Assembly: GCA_949295675.1 (NCBI GenBank)
Contig: CASFMA010000026.1
Span: 9,898-73,897, forward strand
Direction: 5' to 3'
DNA: 64,000 nucleotides
DNA from: an uncultured Spirochaetales bacterium
GTDB lineage: Bacteria; Spirochaetota; Spirochaetia; Sphaerochaetales; Sphaerochaetaceae
Position 1 is the first letter of the stretch. Every line of letters begins with the position of its first letter. The translations under genes and the position numbers were made by a program. The notes under the pieces were generated by a model that made no database searches, was not told the origin of the DNA, and worked only from the letters and a program-made list of their open reading frames with translations. Below, piece after piece: positions 28,007-36,797 of the stretch.

Positions 28007-29677
28007 ATGACGGTTCTGGTTGCGGATCTCGATAACGATAGCTATGAGCGCATTGAGAAGGACTATGGCAAGACAGGCATTGAGCTTGGGACCCTGCTGT
28101 TTGATGAGCATGGTGCCGGCTGTCCTGTAGTCATCACATCTCCTTCGGCAGACAGCATACGCTTTTCAGGTTCTGCTGTGTTCGCCATGATCTACGAATC
28201 TCCTTTCTCGAAAGGTAAATCGCTTGCGTTCTCCTCATATGCCCCAGGGCTTTCCCTCAGGCTTCTTGGCTATGACGCTTTGGTTATAAAGGGAAAGGCT
28301 AAGAATCTTTCATTCCTTTCAGTCTCTTCCGATGGTGCGGAAAGAAGCGTCGCCGTACAGTACAGCGGGCTGAGCTCACAGGATTTCGAGAGCGCTGCAA
28401 GGAAGAATGTCGGCGATGTGTTCCTCTCTGTCGGAAGGGCTGCCGAGAATGGTGTCCTGTTCTCTTCTCTGCAATGCGGAGGAAGGGAGATACAGGGTGA
28501 AGGGCTTGGCTATGCGCTTGCGCTCAAGAACATAAAAGGCATCCTCTTCCCGGGATTTCCTCGCAAGGACTTCCTTGGCAATGGCCATGAGGAGAGAGCG
28601 GTCAGGGAAAGGCTCGAGAGGGGAAAGCTGACAAAGCGCATAAGGAAGGAAGGCGGCGGCATATTCATAGATGCTGCGCTCCGCTGTGGATTCCTTCCTG
28701 TCCGGAACTATGCTCTCCGGTACGATCCGAGGGCCTATTTCCTCGATGGCAAGGCCTACAATGAGAGATATGGCATATACAGGGAGTCATGCCAGGACTG
28801 CTTTTTCTCATGCTGCCGGCGCAGGCAGGATGACTCCCTTCTTCCGACATGGAGGGAAGCCATGGCCCTTGGCAGCAATCTCTGCTTCTTCGATCCTGAG
28901 GATGTCTCAAGGATAGCTGATGCCGTAAGGGCTGAAGGGCTTTCCGCAACGTATACCGGAGCTGTGCTTAGCGCGATAAGCGCAAAGGAAGGCCAGCTTG
29001 AGGTTGATGACTGCATTGCTTCAGTCCATCTTATAGGGGAGGGCAAAGTTCCATTCAGGACTCTTCTTGATATTCCTGATGCTGTATGTATGGCTGATGG
29101 ACTTCCTGTCACCTTCGACCTCAGGGGGGCTTTACAGGCTGCCGCTTCCCTTATCTTCTCGATACCTGCAGAACCATATGCTTCCATGCTTGCCGCCAGG
29201 CGGCCTCTTGGTCCCGGAAGCGCCGCTGTCATGGCTTTGTATGAAGGTATTTACTCGCTTGCCTTGATATCACAGGGATATTCACCCATGTACAGCATAT
29301 CGGAGTGGTGGGGACGCTTCCCTTCATTCCTGTATGGCATCCCAATTGCAGCAAGATTCATAGCGCGTCATTTCAGGGCATTTGGCATGAAGGGGAAGGA
29401 TCTGCAGGAAAGCGGATTGAGGATACTCTCGCTCTTCTCATCATCACCAAGGCAGCTGCCTGATGCTTTCACTCTCAACCCGCTGAGCGCTGTCAAAGAC
29501 GGCCGCACTGTGCCTTATATCCAGCTTGTGAAGGCTTATGAGGCTGAGAAGGCGAGGCTGGAGAGGACTGTAAGGTCCAGCAGTGACAGGAGGAAGATGC
29601 CTGATGGTTCGAAGACAGCCGCAGTGGGCCCCGACGATGAGCGTGGGCGCGATGGAGATCCTGGATTGACGATATAG
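28007..29677 (+). CDS. Divergent aldehyde:ferredoxin oxidoreductase (AOR) family protein
   Basis: Blocks align by eye to Pyrococcus AOR: LRLLGYDALVIKGKAKN, VGRAAENGVLFSS..GEGLGYALALKNIKGILF, and SCQDCFFSCC (CxxCxxxC cluster motif). REAMALGSNLCFFDPEDVSRIADAVRAEGL also aligns. Confidence 0.6.
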   Translation: MTVLVADLDNDSYERIEKDYGKTGIELGTLLFDEHGAGCPVVITSPSADSIRFSGSAVFAMIYESPFSKGKSLAFSSYAPGLSLRLLGYDALVIKGKAKNLSFLSVSSDGAERSVAVQYSGLSSQDFESAARKNVGDVFLSVGRAAENGVLFSSLQCGGREIQGEGLGYALALKNIKGILFPGFPRKDFLGNGHEERAVRERLERGKLTKRIRKEGGGIFIDAALRCGFLPVRNYALRYDPRAYFLDGKAYNERYGIYRESCQDCFFSCCRRRQDDSLLPTWREAMALGSNLCFFDPEDVSRIADAVRAEGLSATYTGAVLSAISAKEGQLEVDDCIASVHLIGEGKVPFRTLLDIPDAVCMADGLPVTFDLRGALQAAASLIFSIPAEPYASMLAARRPLGPGSAAVMALYEGIYSLALISQGYSPMYSISEWWGRFPSFLYGIPIAARFIARHFRAFGMKGKDLQESGLRILSLFSSSPRQLPDAFTLNPLSAVKDGRTVPYIQLVKAYEAEKARLERTVRSSSDRRKMPDGSKTAAVGPDDERGRDGDPGLTI

Positions 29678-30033
29678 ATGCCGTTCCTCTCCTCAAGGAC
29701 AGGCACATGAGTATGCCCTGATATGAAGATATCGCCAGACGTGAGCTGGAAGTCATCCATCCACAGCCTGTCTCCATGCGTTATCGTCACGTTCCGCCCG
29801 TATATCCTTTCCGTCCTGCTTGCTGGAGGAAATGGCATATCCATATATTCATAGTAGCGATCGCAGTTGCCACGTACAGCAATAAGGCTCCTCCAGAAAC
29901 CCGGCTGAGCTCCGTCAGGGCATTGATCCCCGGCTGAGATTATACCTTCTGCATTGAAGCGCCTTGCTGCTTCCTGTATAAGCTTTACGCCTTCTGCTGA
30001 GCCATGGATGTCTGAGACGATTAGATACGGCAT
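29536..30033 (-). CDS. YfcE-like metallophosphoesterase
   Basis: YLIVSDIHGS, AVRGNCD and ISGHTHVP. The ATG at 30033 gives 165 aa. The 3' end overlaps the AOR-like gene by 142 nt. Confidence 0.75.
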   Translation of the reverse strand: MPYLIVSDIHGSAEGVKLIQEAARRFNAEGIISAGDQCPDGAQPGFWRSLIAVRGNCDRYYEYMDMPFPPASRTERIYGRNVTITHGDRLWMDDFQLTSGDIFISGHTHVPVLEERNGIYIVNPGSPSRPRSSSGPTAAVFEPSGIFLLSLLDLTVLSSLAFSAS

Positions 30034-30107
30034 GGGAAAAGGATAGCCGTTCCGCACCGCATTGCCAATTGATGAAAAGCCATTTATATTGAATCTGAGG
30101 TATTTCC

Positions 30108-31028
30108 ATGGATCAGCGTTCGCTTGTATTGGGAGATGGTCACGATCTTTTCTATCGTGTCTGGGATGTTCAGGATGCAAAGGCAACATTGCATATCAAC
30201 CATGGCATGGCTGAGCATAGCCTTCGCTATTCACGATTCGCGTCTTATCTCAATTCCATTGGGATCGCGGTATATGCACAGGATCATAGGGGACATGGCT
30301 ACACCAAGGAAGAGAATGAGAAGGGGTGGTTTGCCGAACATGATGGATGGAAGAGTGTCGTTGATGATTCATGGGAACTCGATAAGGTCATATCAAACGA
30401 CCATCCAGACCTGCCTCATATCCTTTTCGGGCATTCGATGGGATCGTTCATAGCGCGCATAGTGCTCTCTGAGCATTCTTCTGCGTTCGATGCCGCTGTC
30501 TTCTGCGGCACAGGTGCTTCACAGGGGCTGATAGGCAAGTTCGGGAGGCTTATAGCAGGACACAACGCGAAGAAGTATGGTTCACGCATGCCTGATCCTG
30601 TCTTTGAGAATATCGCATTCGGTTCGTATGTGAGGCACTTCCCCGGCGAAGGCCGATTTGGCTGGCTCTCGAAGGATAGGACTGAGGTTGAGAAGTATGA
30701 GAATGATCCGCTTTGTGGCTTCACCTGCTCATCAGGCTTCTATATCGACCTGCTGACTCTGATCGAGAAGGCCAATGACAAGGCTGCCGCCGGCGGAATA
30801 AGGAAGGATATTCCTGTAATGGTCATATCCGGGGATGCCGATCCTGTAGGGAACTATGGGAAAGGTGTCAGGAAGGTTGCCTCTATGTACAGGAAAGCCG
30901 GGATCGAGGACGTCCGTCTTGTGCTCTTCCCAGATGACCGCCACGAGATACTGAACGAGACAGACAGGGATGTCGTGGAGAAGACAATAGGGGCTTTCAT
31001 CCTGGAGGTCGTTGACAATGCCGGGTAA
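30108..31028 (+). CDS. Alpha/beta hydrolase (lysophospholipase / monoacylglycerol lipase-like)
   Basis: Nucleophile elbow LFGHSMGSFIA and a C-terminal D..H pair (SGDADPV, DDRHEIL). Confidence 0.75.
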   Translation: MDQRSLVLGDGHDLFYRVWDVQDAKATLHINHGMAEHSLRYSRFASYLNSIGIAVYAQDHRGHGYTKEENEKGWFAEHDGWKSVVDDSWELDKVISNDHPDLPHILFGHSMGSFIARIVLSEHSSAFDAAVFCGTGASQGLIGKFGRLIAGHNAKKYGSRMPDPVFENIAFGSYVRHFPGEGRFGWLSKDRTEVEKYENDPLCGFTCSSGFYIDLLTLIEKANDKAAAGGIRKDIPVMVISGDADPVGNYGKGVRKVASMYRKAGIEDVRLVLFPDDRHEILNETDRDVVEKTIGAFILEVVDNAG

Positions 31029-32271
31029 GGTCAAGGGAATATCATGCAGGTTCTGCGCGTGGTGGGCGGATTACTGGCATGTAGTGACATCCGCATTCCG
31101 CGGAATGGGAAAGGATAACCTCACGATGGTTGCATCGGGGATGGTCTATTCGACTCTTATAGCCATTGTCCCATGCCTGACGTTCCTCTTTGCCTTCCTC
31201 TCCGCGTTCGGTGTCGTCCAGCCGTTCATGAAGATAATTGCGTTCATGCTTCAGGATACATTCGGGGAGCAGACAGGGCAGGAGCTCATCGACTACATCC
31301 AGCAGTTCTCGTCGAACGCTATGAGCCTTGGAGTGGTCGGGCTCGTTTCGTTCATAATCACAGGCATACTGCTTGTCGATAAGATATACATCGCGATAAA
31401 CAATATATTCCACACGCGTCCGTCATCTGGGACAATGAGGAGGTTCACGACATTCCTTACGTTCCTGATAGTAGGCGCATTCATGATAGTTGTGTCGTTC
31501 GCGCTTCAGAGCATGCTTCAGAATACGCTGTCACGGATAGCCATAGGTACAGAGAGGCCAAGAGGGATATTGTCATCGCTTGTGCCGTATTTTGTCATAT
31601 GGCTGTTCCTTTTCCTTCTCTATGAGGCTGTGCCGAATGCCAAGATACGTTTCGGCAGCGCTTCTGTCGGGGCTTTCACAGGTGTCATATCGTTGTCGAT
31701 AGCATCCAAGATATTCAGCCTTATCACGAAGCTCATGGTCAGCTATTCAGTGATATATGGCTCCATGGCCTCGATACTCATAGCGCTTCTTTTCCTCTTC
31801 GTCAGCTGGTTCATAATCCTTTTCTCTGCTGAGATCGTCTATGTGCATCAGTTCAGGCCAGATAAGACGATGCTGCTTGGAAACAGGCAGTCACCGATCA
31901 TACAGATGACAGAGGCTGTGAACATGCTCCTCCTTATTGCCGATAAGTACAGGAAAGGCGATGGGGTGATGACAATGAAGGAGCTTATGAAGAGGCTGGG
32001 AGTGCCTTCAGCCACGATAATATCGTATATATCTGACTTCGAGGATGCCAAGATGGTGATAGCTGCGAATACTGCCCGTACGGCATTCATTCCAGCCAGG
32101 CCGCTTGATCAGATAAAGCTTTCGGATATCCTCTCTGTCTTGTTTGGCGGGAGGGATATCTCAAGTGCCGATATCGAGACGATAGGTGAGGCTGTCGCTG
32201 TGGATTTCCTCAGGAAAGGCACCCAGGATATGGATACAGTGACAGTCGAGAATCTTCTGGAGAGAATATGA
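31018..32271 (+). CDS. YihY/BrkB-family membrane protein with a C-terminal soluble extension
   Basis: About 6 TM segments with YihY-like sequence (NLTMVASGMVYSTLIAIVPCL), then a ~120-aa tail that looks like a winged helix (MTMKELMKRLGVPSATIISYI). Confidence 0.6.
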   Translation: MPGKVKGISCRFCAWWADYWHVVTSAFRGMGKDNLTMVASGMVYSTLIAIVPCLTFLFAFLSAFGVVQPFMKIIAFMLQDTFGEQTGQELIDYIQQFSSNAMSLGVVGLVSFIITGILLVDKIYIAINNIFHTRPSSGTMRRFTTFLTFLIVGAFMIVVSFALQSMLQNTLSRIAIGTERPRGILSSLVPYFVIWLFLFLLYEAVPNAKIRFGSASVGAFTGVISLSIASKIFSLITKLMVSYSVIYGSMASILIALLFLFVSWFIILFSAEIVYVHQFRPDKTMLLGNRQSPIIQMTEAVNMLLLIADKYRKGDGVMTMKELMKRLGVPSATIISYISDFEDAKMVIAANTARTAFIPARPLDQIKLSDILSVLFGGRDISSADIETIGEAVAVDFLRKGTQDMDTVTVENLLERI

Positions 32272-32720
32272 TAATAGACAGGAACAGTGCGCCATCGCTT
32301 CTTGGCAGTGGTTTTGATTCGATACCGCTCCCTGATTCTGCGGTAGTGGCAAGATATGGTGTATCAGATCTGGAGATAAGGTTCCAGAAGATGGCAGAGT
32401 GTGCCTCATCGCTCTCTGTCGTGGCTCTTCCGTATTCGGTGAGCGTGCTTTGCGCAGGCCGCTATATCTTCGCCGCAGCGATAGAGTGCGAGGATCTCCG
32501 TGCCATGGCTCCTCTTATGGGGATATCCCTGAAGGATCTTCAGGCTGATTACGGCACAAAGGGGTTCTATGGAGAGAAGAGGATAATGCTCTATGGCAAT
32601 GGGGAGAGGGAGAGCCTTGGCCCGTATTATGGCAAGGAAGAAGATGATGAGATAATATCATTCCTCCTCTCCCTCGTCCTTGATTCATTTGATGAGATTG
32701 AGGATCCTGTCAAGCTATAA
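32268..32720 (+). CDS. Hypothetical protein (150 aa)
   Basis: The ORF overlaps the upstream stop as ATGA and its codon usage resembles its neighbours. I recognise no motif. Confidence 0.4.
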   Translation: MIIDRNSAPSLLGSGFDSIPLPDSAVVARYGVSDLEIRFQKMAECASSLSVVALPYSVSVLCAGRYIFAAAIECEDLRAMAPLMGISLKDLQADYGTKGFYGEKRIMLYGNGERESLGPYYGKEEDDEIISFLLSLVLDSFDEIEDPVKL

Positions 32721-32738
32721 TCTGTCGCATCATAGCCC

Positions 32739-33419
32739 CTAGAATCCAAGATAGAGCAGGACTATCCCGATAATGAATACACCGCATCCGAGGAGGATTG
32801 AAAGGGCTTTGGATGCTTTTCTCATCCTGTCGTTCTGCCCGATCTTCCTTATAAGGGACGGCGATGAGCCAAGTGCTACGGAAAGGGCTGTGCATCCTAT
32901 TGAGTAAAGCAGCATGAGCACCGCGCCCTTCACTGTGCTTTCCGACGCGGCTATCATGGCTATGAGCGCAATCAGCACAGGTGTTGAGCAAGGTGAAGAG
33001 AATATTCCTCCGATAACACCTGCGATAAGCGCTCCAAGATAGCCTCTGTGTCTGTTCTTCGCTGCGAGATATGTAGATGGGGCTATGTTTATTATGCCCC
33101 ATATCTGCAGCGCCATAAGCAGCATTATGATGCCAAGGACTATGTACCACCATGAGAATGCAGCTCCAAGAAGTGTCCCCAGAAGGGACGCTGCGATGCC
33201 GAATGCCGTGAATGTGACAGCGGATCCAGCTGCATATACCAGTGACAGCCGGAAGGCTTTCCCAGGGCTTGCTTCCTTTCCGACATATCCAAGCACAAGT
33301 GGGATCTGCGAAAGAGAGCATGGCGTGAGCGATGTGATCACGCCTGCAATGAATGCTGCGATAGGTGCTGCAGCGCTGCCTGTCATGAGATGGGATAGCG
33401 ACTCAAGTATGCTGTCCAT
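32739..33419 (-). CDS. ccdA: Cytochrome c biogenesis/thiol-disulfide transporter CcdA (DsbD transmembrane domain family)
   Basis: Two membrane-embedded cysteines, in LTPCSLSQIPLV and FSSPCSTPVLIA, within about 6 TM segments. Confidence 0.8.
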   Translation of the reverse strand: MDSILESLSHLMTGSAAAPIAAFIAGVITSLTPCSLSQIPLVLGYVGKEASPGKAFRLSLVYAAGSAVTFTAFGIAASLLGTLLGAAFSWWYIVLGIIMLLMALQIWGIINIAPSTYLAAKNRHRGYLGALIAGVIGGIFSSPCSTPVLIALIAMIAASESTVKGAVLMLLYSIGCTALSVALGSSPSLIRKIGQNDRMRKASKALSILLGCGVFIIGIVLLYLGF

Positions 33420-33933
33420 TGGTTTCCAGTGCCTCTACAAGCGTGTCTAGCTCAGTTCGTGAAAGATAGCCCTCATGGACTGTGAAGAGATGCTCGCCTG
33501 TATCGCGAGAGGAGTACATAAGCATCGATACCGGGAAATCCTCAGGAGGAGAGAATGGCTCGCCTTCTGCCTGATACAGCACGATAGTAGGCGTGACCCT
33601 TACCGGGAAATAGCTCATTGCCTCAGGATTCCTCTCAAGGTCTATATACCTTACCTCGACGTTCTCTTCGCTCTTATGCAGATCCCTGAGATCATCCATC
33701 ATCCTCAGGCAGGGCTGGCACCAGGACTCTCCAAGCACAAGGATCATAGGCTTCTCTGCCTCTTCTACCATGCTTGGCGTGAATCCAGATATCTCAAGCG
33801 GTACCACACCCTCCCTTGATGTATCGAAGTTCTGGTCTATCGAATCCTGCAGACCGCCTGCACCGCCGTTCTTTGCTATGTAGACTGCAATGATTATGAC
33901 GAGAATGACAAACGCAGCCGCGATCTGCTGCAT
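33403..33933 (-). CDS. Membrane-anchored thioredoxin-like protein (TlpA/ResA-like)
   Basis: N-terminal TM segment and WCQPC active site. It overlaps the ccdA start by 17 nt. I chose the ATG at 33933. Confidence 0.7.
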   Translation of the reverse strand: MQQIAAAFVILVIIIAVYIAKNGGAGGLQDSIDQNFDTSREGVVPLEISGFTPSMVEEAEKPMILVLGESWCQPCLRMMDDLRDLHKSEENVEVRYIDLERNPEAMSYFPVRVTPTIVLYQAEGEPFSPPEDFPVSMLMYSSRDTGEHLFTVHEGYLSRTELDTLVEALETNGQHT

Positions 33934-33943
33934 GGATCTCCGC

Positions 33944-34726
33944 TTATCCACGTTCACGTCCCCATGCTTCGATCTGCACCAGCGCCGGGAACGGCGAAGG
34001 ATCATCTGCCTTTATGAGATGCGATATAGTAAGGCTCGTCACAGCCTTCTTCACGACATCGAATTCCTGCGCACCGTCCTTCTTCACGAAGCTGAGCGTC
34101 ACGGAAGTGCCATCTGAGAATGAGACACGCCCTTCAGTCCACCAGGCATCATGGGGGAAGTCAGCCCTGTTGTAGAACACAAGCTTATCGATATCGACAG
34201 GCCTGCCGAAATCAACTGTCATCTCTGCATCGGGATTCTTGTTGATGCCCCAGCTTGACCATGGATAGCCGCCATGGTTATCTGCCGCTATAAGGCCATC
34301 TACGGCATTCCTTGATGCGAATACAGACTCGCCGCGTGTCTCCACGTTCGCGTATGTGTGAGGATACATCGCGCTGTTGTCATGATGGTCTGCTGGATTG
34401 AGAGCGAGATTCCGGAAGTTTGACTTCTCTTCATCCTTAGCCTTCTTTACCATCAGGAGATGTATGCTGCCTGTGAAGGCTGCGGGAGAGTATGCCAGCT
34501 TCTTCTCCTCAAACGGGACAGGCAGCCTGTACGTGCCCTTGCACCAGAGAAGGGCTGGGAATACCGATGCGTCCAATGATACCCAGTAAAGTCCTTCTTC
34601 TCCGAATTCCACATAGATCGTGTCGCCGGGAGCATACTCTTGCCTGTATACTGCATAGACCTCATCCTCGCCGCATCTTTCAGCAAGGATATTCTCCTCA
34701 TTCGCTATCTTTATAGTGATCATCAT
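33944..34726 (-). CDS. Putative carbohydrate-binding (galactose-binding-like) domain protein
   Basis: C-terminal half: YPHTYANVETRGESVFASRNAVDG..GGYPWSSWG..DFPHDAWW. The family call rests on general resemblance only. Confidence 0.4.
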   Translation of the reverse strand: MMITIKIANEENILAERCGEDEVYAVYRQEYAPGDTIYVEFGEEGLYWVSLDASVFPALLWCKGTYRLPVPFEEKKLAYSPAAFTGSIHLLMVKKAKDEEKSNFRNLALNPADHHDNSAMYPHTYANVETRGESVFASRNAVDGLIAADNHGGYPWSSWGINKNPDAEMTVDFGRPVDIDKLVFYNRADFPHDAWWTEGRVSFSDGTSVTLSFVKKDGAQEFDVVKKAVTSLTISHLIKADDPSPFPALVQIEAWGRERG

Positions 34727-34772
34727 AGACTCCTTTCCTGCATTTTAGCATTCATGCTGGGGATATCGCTAG

Positions 34773-36758
34773 ATGGAATCGGCATTGTGGAATAACATCA
34801 TGGATATGACTCAGAATGATTTCTTTCAGGACAGGCGTTTCTTCTTCGATGATGCAAAGGCGACGGCAGAGTATGCTCTCCGCTACTCACCTGATGAGTG
34901 CAGGAAGATCATAAGGACTGCAGACGACACAATTGAGCAGCGATTCATATTCAATCTCCGGTGGGATCTTGAGCAGACACAGGTTCCCGTTGTCTTTGAT
35001 GATATCGACTGGCTTTATCAGCCGGGCGATGATCCTGAGTTCATATATGCGTTCAACCGCATGCGCTTCTGGATCTGCCTTGGCCAGGCCTATGCCATCA
35101 CTGGGGATGAGAAATATGCCAGATGCTTCGTGTCACAGCTCATGCACTGGATACGGACAGTCCCGTTCTCCCCGGAGTCCAAGGCATGGAGGACTATAGA
35201 GACAGGAATACGTATGGAGCACTGGTGCAAGGCCATACAGTATTTCAGGGGTTCGCCTTGCCTGACTGATGATGTGATAGATGCTTTCGTACGTTCTGTA
35301 ACTGAGCATGCTGAGTACATCATGGGCGTCTGGAATTCATATAACCTGCTTTCGAACTGGGGCATCCTTGCAAATCATGGCTTGTTCGTGGCCTCTGTGG
35401 TGCTTCCGGAAGACGATAGGACGATCATATGGCGCAAGACTGCTGTCGAGCGGCTTGCTGCGGAGGCTGAGATCCAGATCTACGATGATGGAGTGCATTG
35501 GGAGCAGAGCGCCATGTACCACAATGAGGTGCTCCACTGCATGCTTGATGTGGTGCTTCTTGCACAGCGCTTCTCAATAGACCTGCCACCATCATTTACA
35601 GAGAGAATACATAAGGCAGCCCTTGCCTCCGCCCTCATGCAGAAGCCCGATGGCTCTGAGCCTATGTCAGGCGACAGCGATGACATAGATCAGAGGGATC
35701 TTACTGAAAAGAGCGCATATATCTTCTCGGATCCTGTCATACGCAGCTTCGGAGAGGATCATATGACATTCGATGCGGTCTGGGATGCCGGAGCTGATGC
35801 TGCGTCCATTTATGAGGGAATGGAGAGCAAGCCATCTCCCATGCTCTCAGCTTTCCCTGACAGCGGCCATGTGGTATACAGATGCGGCGACACATATCTT
35901 TCCTTCAAGGACGGGCCGATAGGGGCCGGGCATTCACATGCTGACCAGACACATGTGGATCTTGCCTTTGGGGGCTGTGACATACTTATAGATCCGGGGC
36001 GCTATACATATGTGGACAAGCCTGAGCGCTATGAGTTCAAGGATTCCTCTGCCCATAACCTTGTCACGATAGATGGAATGAACAGCTATGTTAAGAAGGA
36101 CAGCTGGGAATACAGCAAGATGAGCGAGTCATACGGGCTTAAATGGAAGGAGAAGGGCGGGATGGCCTTCATCAAAGGCGGCCATCTTGGATATATATTC
36201 TCATCATCATTCGTATCCCGCAAGATTGTCGCTGTGGATCCCTCCATCATAGTTGTCATAGATGAGTGCTATGGAAGGGGCCGGCATACCATGGATGGCT
36301 ACTGGCATTTTTCTGAAAAGGGTGATGTTGAGATCTTGTCAGATCAGTCATTCTCATTTTGCCAGGGTGATTGCAGAGCTTCATTTGCTGTCCTGAATGC
36401 AGAGAGCGCAGTATCATTCGGATCAAGGATCTCAAGGCATTACAACCAGGCATCAGAGAATGTATCAGTCAAAGTAAGCCGTGGTTACGAAGACTTCGGA
36501 TCTCTTATCACGGTTATATCACTCGGTAGCGGAAGCATATCTCCAGTGAAACTTCCCGTAAAGAGCAATTTCAAAGGTATTACTTTCTCTGATAAGGAGA
36601 TAGAAGCAGTTAAGATAGGTGAGTACATATTAGTTGTCTCTCATTACGAATGGGGTTCACCTACAGATAGCTTCTCTGTGGACGGACATACCGGCTGGGG
36701 ACGCCTTGTCGTGTTCGGACTGGGTGACAGGGACATAGGGACAGTGCTTGAGGCATGA
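34773..36758 (+). CDS. Heparinase II/III-family polysaccharide lyase-like protein
   Basis: 661 aa. N-terminal alpha/alpha-toroid-like region (WNSYNLLSNWG, HWEQSAMYHNEVL) and a C-terminal beta region containing GAGHSHADQTHVDL. Confidence 0.65.
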   Translation: MESALWNNIMDMTQNDFFQDRRFFFDDAKATAEYALRYSPDECRKIIRTADDTIEQRFIFNLRWDLEQTQVPVVFDDIDWLYQPGDDPEFIYAFNRMRFWICLGQAYAITGDEKYARCFVSQLMHWIRTVPFSPESKAWRTIETGIRMEHWCKAIQYFRGSPCLTDDVIDAFVRSVTEHAEYIMGVWNSYNLLSNWGILANHGLFVASVVLPEDDRTIIWRKTAVERLAAEAEIQIYDDGVHWEQSAMYHNEVLHCMLDVVLLAQRFSIDLPPSFTERIHKAALASALMQKPDGSEPMSGDSDDIDQRDLTEKSAYIFSDPVIRSFGEDHMTFDAVWDAGADAASIYEGMESKPSPMLSAFPDSGHVVYRCGDTYLSFKDGPIGAGHSHADQTHVDLAFGGCDILIDPGRYTYVDKPERYEFKDSSAHNLVTIDGMNSYVKKDSWEYSKMSESYGLKWKEKGGMAFIKGGHLGYIFSSSFVSRKIVAVDPSIIVVIDECYGRGRHTMDGYWHFSEKGDVEILSDQSFSFCQGDCRASFAVLNAESAVSFGSRISRHYNQASENVSVKVSRGYEDFGSLITVISLGSGSISPVKLPVKSNFKGITFSDKEIEAVKIGEYILVVSHYEWGSPTDSFSVDGHTGWGRLVVFGLGDRDIGTVLEA

Positions 36759-36761
36759 TCG

Positions 36762-36792
36762 GAAGAAGAAACCACAGGCGTGATGCCTGTGG
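36762..36792 (-). terminator. Intrinsic terminator after the Fe-ADH gene (possibly bidirectional)
   Basis: 8-bp GC-rich stem CCACAGGC / GCCTGTGG with a GTGAT loop. On the minus strand it is followed by TTTCTTCTTCC. Confidence 0.6.
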
Positions 36793-36797
36793 CCGTC

